Position numbers and translations under genes: made by a program
Notes under the pieces: model-generated
The model's database searches: none
Told to the model about the DNA's origin: nothing
The model's input: only the letters and a program-made list of their open reading frames with translations
Shown here: piece after piece, positions 56,629 through 64,000 of the stretch
Position numbering within the stretch: the stretch's first letter is position 1
Layout: every line of letters begins with the position of its first letter
Origin: a virus
Virus record (IMG/VR): IMGVR_UViG_3300032516_002690
Coordinates: 1-64,000 of that record
Reading direction: 5' to 3' (one strand)
DNA: 64,000 nucleotides

Positions 56629-57015
56629 TTACGGCGTAATATTAGAATCGACGGATACTATATCAGTACCCTCGAAGGCGTCTACTATAGATGCCCATGC
56701 AACCGCAAGTATTTTAAACCTATTACGCGTAATAATCTCAAAGCCGGTGGCGTCTTTAATGGTTGCAAAATTTAATTGCGCACCGCGGCCCCTGTAAAAG
56801 TCCAGACCCGCAGAGATAGCTGCAGTTTTACCCACAGGAAAGGATTCCAGGTCGTAGACGCTAGCTACGCGTGAGAATGTATCGTGCTCTGCATCGAATA
56901 CGAGCACGTCAAAATCAATGTTTACCGTGTCGATAATGTCTAGTTGAAAGCGGTACACGCTCTCAGACGGTATAGACCGAATAAATTGGCTTTTGATTTG
57001 TACGAGCGTACTCAT
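56629..57015 (-). CDS. Hypothetical (probable virion) protein
   Basis: Coupled ORF; DTFSRVA resembles DTFNRVV in 54771..55757. Confidence 0.55.
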   Translation of the reverse strand: MSTLVQIKSQFIRSIPSESVYRFQLDIIDTVNIDFDVLVFDAEHDTFSRVASVYDLESFPVGKTAAISAGLDFYRGRGAQLNFATIKDATGFEIITRNRFKILAVAWASIVDAFEGTDIVSVDSNITP

Positions 57016-57764
57016 ATCGACGAGCTCACGGTGACGGTTTCGCTTACCAGATTTGCGCCGGCTACTTCGTTAGTGAGAGACAACATGTCTGCTTTCGTGG
57101 CAATGACCGCGTTTTCGGCTGTAGCTACTTCGTCAAATACGCGGTTAAATCGCCGATCACGAAAGTTGCCAGCACCCGGCGCACCGTTGCGCAATGTCTT
57201 GCCAGCATATGCAGTCAAACTCAAACGTGATATTGTCCAGCTAAATCCATTGTAGAAAGCAGGAAAGGGCGCATACAACTCCAAGCGGTTTACGTTACCG
57301 CCCGGCGCAACTGTCTTGACTACAAACGTAAAGGGGTTTGTGCCGGGATATTCTGCAGAAGTCCAATAGGCAGGGTCCGTGATGCTAACGCCTATCAAGT
57401 CATCAACAAGCACGCCTGCAGTGCTAAAATTGACTGTCGTATCCTCCATGTAGTCAAGCGCGCGTGCAGTGATGCTGGTGAGTTGCGCGAGAGTTGACAC
57501 ACCTACGTAGGCTTCCGCGCCACCGCTGTAATTCCCTACAATAAAATATTGCATATTGTTGGGATGCGTAGGAAAGTACGTAGGCCCTGGTGTTGGGGGC
57601 ACCACACCGTCATCGCGATTTCTAGTGATGACCCTTATTTTACCGGCTGTTATAAGACGGTCTTTCTCGAAAACGGCGGATATGTACGCACTCATAGCAG
57701 TACTATAGCCTATGTCCTTTGTAATAGGCATAGACCAATCGGTGCTACACACAGGTATCTGCAT
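57012..57764 (-). CDS. Hypothetical (probable virion) protein
   Basis: Long beta-rich ORF; start uncertain. Confidence 0.55.
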   Translation of the reverse strand: MQIPVCSTDWSMPITKDIGYSTAMSAYISAVFEKDRLITAGKIRVITRNRDDGVVPPTPGPTYFPTHPNNMQYFIVGNYSGGAEAYVGVSTLAQLTSITARALDYMEDTTVNFSTAGVLVDDLIGVSITDPAYWTSAEYPGTNPFTFVVKTVAPGGNVNRLELYAPFPAFYNGFSWTISRLSLTAYAGKTLRNGAPGAGNFRDRRFNRVFDEVATAENAVIATKADMLSLTNEVAGANLVSETVTVSSSI

Positions 57765-58269
57765 CCTGAACGAGGACGCATCTGTGAACTATCTGGGTTT
57801 AATAGAGCCTGACAAGCTCAAAAACCGAGATCGGTTGGCGTATATTCGCGATGAACTCAATGCTGTCCTAGGAGCTAGGCGGTTTGCTGTTGGTGTCATG
57901 GAGGGCTATTCGTACGGCAGTATGAATAAGAAGTTCCTGTTGGGTGAAGTAGGCTCAGTTGTAAAACTGGCCTTCCATGATCACTGCCTGCGTGCCTACG
58001 AAGTAGCACCCGCAGCACTAAAGAAGTTTGTGACGTCTAAGGGCAGCGCGTCCAAAGAAGACGTGATGGTTGCAGTTGAGAAGCAGTGGGGAGTCATGCT
58101 AAAGGATGACAACCTCGCTGACGCGTACGGCTTAGCCCGAATCGCCTACGAAATCGCAAAGCCCACCTCTACTAAGCGCCATCAATTAGACGTACTCAAA
58201 GGCTTGCTTAAAGAAGTGTCACGCAAAAAAGTACCTAGACGTAAGATCTTATTTAAAGATGCCATTTAA
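57712..58269 (+). CDS. ruvC: RuvC-like Holliday junction resolvase
   Basis: VIGIDQS...TG, MEGYS, P..LKKFVTSKGSASKEDV, DNLADAYGLA. Confidence 0.88.
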   Translation: MSFVIGIDQSVLHTGICILNEDASVNYLGLIEPDKLKNRDRLAYIRDELNAVLGARRFAVGVMEGYSYGSMNKKFLLGEVGSVVKLAFHDHCLRAYEVAPAALKKFVTSKGSASKEDVMVAVEKQWGVMLKDDNLADAYGLARIAYEIAKPTSTKRHQLDVLKGLLKEVSRKKVPRRKILFKDAI

Positions 58270-58295
58270 TACCCGCCTGACTATCGGAGTCTAAA

Positions 58296-58547
58296 ATGAG
58301 ACACATCGGCTGCATGGTTTCTGGTAATACCGTTAATATTGATCCTGGTACACACGGCGAAAATACAGATGCTATTATTGTTATGCGTCGCGGTGAGATC
58401 ATCGGAGTAGTCAGTCCCCGCGCACAAGATGACGTACAGACGCTACGCATGACTTTCACGCGCGACAGACCCAAGGAAGGGTTTGTGCCGCTCCAGGGTG
58501 TAGCGGTGCAGCATTTCATGCCCGTTGTTACAGATGACTATATCTAA
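58296..58547 (+). CDS. Hypothetical protein
   Basis: GGAG RBS and ATG. Confidence 0.55.
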   Translation: MRHIGCMVSGNTVNIDPGTHGENTDAIIVMRRGEIIGVVSPRAQDDVQTLRMTFTRDRPKEGFVPLQGVAVQHFMPVVTDDYI

Positions 58548-58821
58548 GGAAGATCACCGTATGGGGATTACGCCGATTTTACTTCGGCGAGCTTCGTACT
58601 ATATACGTCTTGGTGAAGGCGAATATTTTCCCGTACATCCACACTACGATAGAGTTGTAGTTGATAAAATATATGATCTAACCCAAAACCCGCTGGATAA
58701 AAATCACTGGGGTATGGGTTTACGTGTTTCATTCTATAGCGAAGGCCGCCGAATACGTTGGGTTGAATTCGGCTGTCATGTTGTTGGTGCAGGAGGAGAT
58801 GACCTCCTGCGTGAAGTTTGA
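58525..58821 (+). CDS. Hypothetical protein
   Basis: Coupled ORF; start uncertain. Confidence 0.5.
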   Translation: MLQMTISKEDHRMGITPILLRRASYYIRLGEGEYFPVHPHYDRVVVDKIYDLTQNPLDKNHWGMGLRVSFYSEGRRIRWVEFGCHVVGAGGDDLLREV

Positions 58822-59096
58822 AAGAGGTCCTGACAATGACTAAGTACCTAGTGACTCACGAAGCAACCGTAGGCCGCACGCGCGAAGAAGGTGCGGTCAT
58901 TCCGTCAATTACGTTGACCTACTACAGCATGGTTGAGGCAGAGACAGTCGAAGCTGCCAACGACATGGTTGTGGTTTATCGCGACCCGGGCTTTAGCACG
59001 CGCGTTATAGCCGTAACCGAGGTGGCTGATATTTTGTCAGCAGACGACCTCTTCGCGTTGCTCAATCACGCGAACATTATCAAAGAGGGGCTCTGA
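58818..59096 (+). CDS. Hypothetical protein
   Basis: Coupled ORF; GAGG before an internal ATG. Confidence 0.5.
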   Translation: MKEVLTMTKYLVTHEATVGRTREEGAVIPSITLTYYSMVEAETVEAANDMVVVYRDPGFSTRVIAVTEVADILSADDLFALLNHANIIKEGL

Positions 59097-59099
59097 GCT

Positions 59100-59591
59100 T
59101 CATCGAATAATACTGCCTAAAAACGCACCTAGGCCAAGTAAACCAAAGGTGCCACCTACCCACAGAGGCCATGTGGGTGGGCTTTCTGCTTTTGCACGCC
59201 ACATGTTTTTAGCTTCGATTTCTTCCGTGAGGCGGTTATTCAATACCAGGATTTGATCCTGATCTTGACGCTCCATGGAATAGTGTAAGCTAATTTGATC
59301 TTGCGACTTGAGTAACTCAGCTTCTTTTACGGCTAGCAGGCTTGTATAGTCTTCCCACTGGCTATGCCAATAACGCGCTTGTATTTCTAGCACGTTGAGT
59401 TCGACCGTCTGTGCCGCATCAAAGCACGCATATCGTACGTCTTTGTATACGCACGCAATGTATTCCGGAATTAGCCGTGTAGGCAGTGGCCGTAACTGAA
59501 ATAATTTGGCGTGTTCCTGCGCTTGTGCACTAGACGTCGCCAATAAAACTAAGAGCGCGACTTTTGATTGTACGCGTCTAAATCTTTCCAT
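59100..59591 (-). CDS. Exported coiled-coil membrane protein (possible spanin component)
   Basis: Signal peptide ending AQA, coiled coil, C-terminal hydrophobic helix. Confidence 0.4.
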   Translation of the reverse strand: MERFRRVQSKVALLVLLATSSAQAQEHAKLFQLRPLPTRLIPEYIACVYKDVRYACFDAAQTVELNVLEIQARYWHSQWEDYTSLLAVKEAELLKSQDQISLHYSMERQDQDQILVLNNRLTEEIEAKNMWRAKAESPPTWPLWVGGTFGLLGLGAFLGSIIR

Positions 59592-59935
59592 GATTCGAGT
59601 GCCTTTACTTGCTTGTATTCTGCCTCGAATTCTTTTTCATTCTTGGCAATTTCTGCGTTTTTGGCGTCTGCGATGCGCTGTAACGCGTGCGCCTGTTTTA
59701 GCAGATCCGCTAACTTAGCTGCGTTTTTCTCATGTAGCATATCGAAACGCACTTGCTCAGCTTTAACACCCGCTAAGTCCACTTCGTTGTGCAATTTAGC
59801 TAGCTGATCTTTACGTTTACTTAACCGCACGTAAAGTGCGAAGCATGCTACAAACGCCGCTACAGACACTACCAGCCACAGTATCCATTTTTTAGGTCCG
59901 GACGCTGCGTGATAATTTAATATTTTAGGGGTCAT
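59549..59935 (-). CDS. Inner-membrane-anchored coiled-coil protein (possible i-spanin)
   Basis: N-terminal TM WILWLVVSVAAFVACFALYV then coiled coil; overlaps the next gene. Confidence 0.45.
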   Translation of the reverse strand: MTPKILNYHAASGPKKWILWLVVSVAAFVACFALYVRLSKRKDQLAKLHNEVDLAGVKAEQVRFDMLHEKNAAKLADLLKQAHALQRIADAKNAEIAKNEKEFEAEYKQVKALESWKDLDAYNQKSRS

Positions 59936-59936
59936 G

Positions 59937-62900
59937 TTAATCCATGTAGAATTTCGGGGTGTCATAGACGACTTCAAGACTGTACAGCACGTTAGATACG
60001 GTACCACCCGCTGACGCTACGACGTATGCCACTACGGTGGCAATGCTCTTGTTAATTGGAACACTTATAGTACCTGAAGATATAGGTCGATCACCTGTAA
60101 TTACACCAATAGGATCGAACACAGGGGCAAGTGAAACGGTAATTGCGCCGACATTGTCTAATGTGTATATTTTTATACTCATACGATTACCGCTTATAGT
60201 GTAGTCGGTATTCGTTGTGGGTAAGACCAGTGCGTTTATTTCTCTAATAACAGCACCGTTTGGCACATAAGTATTCAGCGAATAGGCGTAGGTGGCACCT
60301 AGGGTAATCGCGGTTGTAAAACTATTATTCTTAGTCCACTGGCTTGGATTTAGGGGCTCCCCATCAATTGCATTAAGTAAACGGCGTGTGGTTGCTTTTT
60401 GGATACCGTCCGAATTACCAAATACGAGGTTTGGATAATTCGATATATTGCCATTGTTGACTACAAGTAGTGTCCCAGTGTCGCCGTTGGTAAACGTATT
60501 GCCCGTCACTACGTTGGCGGAGCTGGTCGTATCCAGGAGTACTGCGGTATCTGCGCCAGCACTGAATGTCATCACGGTATTCGCAGTAACCGTACAATCA
60601 CTACGATCTATAGTTAGAAACTTAACTGCGGCCGTATTACAACGTGCGTTGTTGCCTGTGATAATCGCGCCGTACTGTTCCGCGTACACTAACGCGTGGT
60701 TAGCCGTCGCCATTAAGAGGTTTTGCGCGCTACCCGTTATGTGGATAGTATTGTGCGCTACTTTTGCTTGATTCCCGGTAATGTATGCAAACCAACCGGG
60801 TGTATTTTCACCTGTAGCAAACAAGGCACCATTTACGGTATTACCGAGTACCTTACCTCTCGTAGTTGCACGAAATAACCGACCTTTATTTGCAGTACCG
60901 CTATTTTCGTAAAAAGAAATCCCCTCTACAGTAGCGGCGGTGCTGAGGTCGTATAGGGCGAGCCACGCGGAAACGTTGCTACCTGCAGGGGTTCCATTAA
61001 TAGACCCGCCGGTTATGCGAACTCCGGTACCTACCGAGATTAGCGAACACGTGAGTGTTGTCGCACCTGCGCTAGTGTCGGGTTCTGTTACGTTCTTTAC
61101 GTGTAAGCCATTTACGGTTAGATTACCGCTATTGGGTGCGTCCAGGACTATAGCGTTTGATGCAGCGCCTGCTAAACGTTTACCTTGCAGGTCCACCGTT
61201 ATATTACGCGCGTTAATGGTGGACGACGTGACGGTTCCCGTGAGTAGGCTTAGCGTATGACTCGCTAATTGCGTGATATTAGCGTAATTGAGATTTAAAT
61301 GGAAACCATCTAGGGTGTACGACCCGTTACCCGTCGAAACTCCGGCGACCGAGCCGATTTCAACTCGGCGTGTTGCAGCTCCGCCTACAACGGTGCCAAA
61401 CCTTAACTCTACGTAGCAGTCTTCAAATACTATGTTTTGTCCCGGATCGGTCGCCGAAGCCTGGCTACACACTACGCCGATTTCTGGATAATTAACTGCG
61501 ACAGTACTCGTGTAAAATTTGCAGCTTCGGAATCTAATGTGATTAGAATCTCCGCTTATTGCGAGGACTTTACCGTATCCGTCCTGTATGAACGTACAGT
61601 TATCGAACTCAATGTTTGTTGAATTCGTTATTGTCAAGACCGTCGGTGTGATAGACGCATTTGATTGGCTGCAGCGGAATATACAGTTCCGGTAAATCTG
61701 AGGCTGGTGTACGCTACTCATGCATGCCACAGAACCGTCGTCTACGCCCACATCGCCGAATCCTGCAGAGATATCGAAAATAGAATCTTCGATTACTAGG
61801 GGCTCGTAATTCCTAGAGGCTGCTTTCGTACCGATGTTAACGAGTAACAACGCGTATTTCTGAGTTGCACCGCTAGACCCTGATGGGATAGCGGTGACGC
61901 GCAGGCGGCGTAACGTACCGGTTACGGCGTTGGTATTCGCCGGGTTGGTGTGATAAAAGAAGATACTGGCCCAGTTAATCCCGGCGGGTGTGTCGTCATC
62001 TATTACCAGGTTATCGATATCTACTCTGACATGGCCAGTAGGCTGGAACTGGAAAGCGCCTGCAGTAGCCCTACAGTTGTGTAACTTATACGAACCGCCC
62101 GTGAAGTAATAGCTAAAGACTCCTGCAGCGCTTCCCTTCAAGAAAATATTTTCGAATGAAAATTCGTCGTTAGCATCTGCGCCTAGGAAGGTGACATGCC
62201 CACTCTTTGTGAGCGTCAATGTTACCTTTGTATTGTCTTCACCAATCAAATGCGTATTTTTAGATGTCGTGAAATTTGTGCTTACGTTGTACGCGCCACG
62301 GCGCAGGAGATACGTACCTCCTGTAGCGGCCAGTGTATTAATAGCAGGTACGACATCGACGACATTGATATCTCCGCCAACGGAATTAGTACCGTCGGTA
62401 CACACTGCGGTAAACGCACGTCGCGCAATTGCGGAGCTGTGTAGCTGGGATAAGGCTGAGCGAATAGTTGTATTGGTGGTGAGTGCACCGCCGCCGCCTT
62501 GGGCAGTGAGGGCGGTCCCGAAGATTGTCGGCGCGTCTACACCTACCCGAATAGCCCCGGGTAGTGTCGCAGTCATATCGGCTAAGTCAGCTACGATTTC
62601 GTCGAGAGCTGTTTCGACGGTGGACGCCGTAACTGCGGTTGAGCCGTCAGCCCATGGACCGCTACCGTTGTAACCTACCGTCGCTGCTCCCAGCACCGAA
62701 GCTTGCAACGCAACGTGTGCCGCGAGGGCTATTGAAGCCACGCTAGTCGGGCTTTTAAATTGAAAACTTTCGCCGGCTTCGAGCCGCGTACCGTCGTACC
62801 AAATCAATTGTCCGTTATAGCCAATGCGACACAGTGGGATTGCCCCCGGTATTTTGTCAGGACTAACATGCGTGACAAATAAAGCAGCTGCGGGGATAGC

Positions 62901-63764
62901 ACTCGTGCCACGATCACCCGAGGACTCTGCTCGTCCGCCCGCAAGGCCACCTTTAGGGTCCGCACCAAAACCCGCCGGCTCAATAACGTACTTGTACCAA
63001 ATTGCAATGCCCATGCCGGGTTGCAGTGGCGTAGTTGTCGTGAGCGTCTGGATATCTGAGCCCGCAATGACGTGCTTTTCGTCATCAGCTGTGGTGTCGA
63101 GACGTGTTTCTGCAAGCGCAATGACGGCTACGTTGGCAACCGCGCTGGTTGTAATAACCAGACGTCCGACGAGTATGGTGTCCGCGGCAATGGCTGACGC
63201 AAGTGCGGTTTGCACAGCTGCCGCATCGTGCGAGGCGGTGCTCGTATTTAGCGTAACCACAATGCGCTTAACCGGCCCCGCGGAAATAGCGACACTGACG
63301 GACCCTGCAGACGCTGAGTGTAAATGCTTGATTGTTACGGCGTTCATGCCGTGGGTGGCGTACGACGTAGCTGCGACTGTGTAGATAACCCGATTACTTG
63401 AAGGCGTACCTACAGATAATGTACCTTTCTTGGCTTGGTACGGAGCGAGCATAGGCGTGACCGTAAAACTGCCCGCAGTAACCGATATTTTACCGAGCGG
63501 CGGGGCGCCGGGAGCTGCGCCGTTCCAGGTAATAGTACCGCCGGTGTACTCAATCATTAGATGACTGTAGTCGCGGTAATAAAGCAGCTCTTCAGCGACA
63601 TCTCGCAATGTCTCTGTGCGTTCGCGGAGATTCTCAGAAGGCCGGCGCAACACTACTTGTGTCGCTCCTTCACCATCGCTGAGAGGCTGAATAGCCGCTA
63701 AATTGTCCTCGCCGTTATCACCGAGACCTACGTTGAAATCAACGAACTCTTTTTGTTCCGTCAT
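59937..63764 (-). CDS. Tail fibre/tailspike with right-handed beta-helix (pectin-lyase-like) repeats
   Basis: 1275 aa, T/G/A/S/N-rich; N-terminal RPSENLRERT; repeated FENI, IEDS, FDNC, FEDC, ITGN, VTGN turns. Confidence 0.8.
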   Translation of the reverse strand: MTEQKEFVDFNVGLGDNGEDNLAAIQPLSDGEGATQVVLRRPSENLRERTETLRDVAEELLYYRDYSHLMIEYTGGTITWNGAAPGAPPLGKISVTAGSFTVTPMLAPYQAKKGTLSVGTPSSNRVIYTVAATSYATHGMNAVTIKHLHSASAGSVSVAISAGPVKRIVVTLNTSTASHDAAAVQTALASAIAADTILVGRLVITTSAVANVAVIALAETRLDTTADDEKHVIAGSDIQTLTTTTPLQPGMGIAIWYKYVIEPAGFGADPKGGLAGGRAESSGDRGTSAIPAAALFVTHVSPDKIPGAIPLCRIGYNGQLIWYDGTRLEAGESFQFKSPTSVASIALAAHVALQASVLGAATVGYNGSGPWADGSTAVTASTVETALDEIVADLADMTATLPGAIRVGVDAPTIFGTALTAQGGGGALTTNTTIRSALSQLHSSAIARRAFTAVCTDGTNSVGGDINVVDVVPAINTLAATGGTYLLRRGAYNVSTNFTTSKNTHLIGEDNTKVTLTLTKSGHVTFLGADANDEFSFENIFLKGSAAGVFSYYFTGGSYKLHNCRATAGAFQFQPTGHVRVDIDNLVIDDDTPAGINWASIFFYHTNPANTNAVTGTLRRLRVTAIPSGSSGATQKYALLLVNIGTKAASRNYEPLVIEDSIFDISAGFGDVGVDDGSVACMSSVHQPQIYRNCIFRCSQSNASITPTVLTITNSTNIEFDNCTFIQDGYGKVLAISGDSNHIRFRSCKFYTSTVAVNYPEIGVVCSQASATDPGQNIVFEDCYVELRFGTVVGGAATRRVEIGSVAGVSTGNGSYTLDGFHLNLNYANITQLASHTLSLLTGTVTSSTINARNITVDLQGKRLAGAASNAIVLDAPNSGNLTVNGLHVKNVTEPDTSAGATTLTCSLISVGTGVRITGGSINGTPAGSNVSAWLALYDLSTAATVEGISFYENSGTANKGRLFRATTRGKVLGNTVNGALFATGENTPGWFAYITGNQAKVAHNTIHITGSAQNLLMATANHALVYAEQYGAIITGNNARCNTAAVKFLTIDRSDCTVTANTVMTFSAGADTAVLLDTTSSANVVTGNTFTNGDTGTLLVVNNGNISNYPNLVFGNSDGIQKATTRRLLNAIDGEPLNPSQWTKNNSFTTAITLGATYAYSLNTYVPNGAVIREINALVLPTTNTDYTISGNRMSIKIYTLDNVGAITVSLAPVFDPIGVITGDRPISSGTISVPINKSIATVVAYVVASAGGTVSNVLYSLEVVYDTPKFYMD

Positions 63765-63776
63765 GGGGGTCTCTTT

Positions 63777-64000
63777 TCAAACAGTAAGGGTGAGGCGCCA
63801 GCGGAACTCAAGTTCGACTGCGGCAGTTTTAACTTGATCAGGATAAACCTGACGCGAAAACATGATGGACGAGGCTGTCAACTGCGGGTCGTTGAGGGTA
63901 CCCCGTGTAAAGAGACCCGCTTCGCGATACGTCAGGCCATTACCGTAACCCGTCGTCATCGTCGCAGTAAATTCTACCGTACCTGATACGCCTACGACGC
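63777..64000 (-). CDS. Baseplate/tail-collar protein, C-terminal fragment
   Basis: Frame open to the window edge; REAGLF...MFSR....VK......RW pattern; directly upstream of the tail fibre. Confidence 0.55.
   Translation of the reverse strand, partial: VVGVSGTVEFTATMTTGYGNGLTYREAGLFTRGTLNDPQLTASSIMFSRQVYPDQVKTAAVELEFRWRLTLTV

Noticed and set aside
1-64000. Alternative genetic code, inteins, tRNAs, integrase/att sites
   Set aside because: Genes are intact and dense under code 11; I recognised no intein splice motifs in RNAP, PolA or terminase, and no tRNA cloverleaf or recombinase (by eye only)

Overview
This window is a 64-kb segment of a large tailed dsDNA phage, probably a myovirus and possibly jumbo-sized. 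I see no host housekeeping operons, integrase, tRNA or CRISPR array. The minus strand carries virion genes: tail-sheath start, neck proteins, major capsid, decoration protein, prohead protease, many internal-head proteins, portal, large terminase and tail fibre. It also carries a cellular-like multisubunit RNA polymerase split as [beta + beta' N-half] and [beta' C-half], and a sigma-70-family factor. The plus strand carries replication and accessory genes: SNF2 helicase, two PD-(D/E)XK nucleases, ParB, an SSB-like protein, primase-helicase, UDG-fused PolA, RuvC, a MoxR AAA+/VWA pair and a retron-type reverse transcriptase. Three unexplained signals stand out. (1) A 145-nt structured RNA candidate (45153-45297) has retron msr/msd-like architecture, lies 7 kb upstream of the retron-type RT, and shares a candidate promoter motif with the VWA-orf217-RT-orf485 operon; this suggests a split, phage-borne retron-like system. 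(2) K-x-A/G motifs recur throughout the head-associated proteins, including the RNAP, and three proteins share a Y-x-x-G-x-x-x-A-L-x-K-[LI]-G leader; this suggests a packaging-and-cleavage code. (3) Two strand-specific promoter classes suggest virion-RNAP early and sigma-70 late transcription. All calls come from motif recognition by eye; no database searches or folding programs were run.
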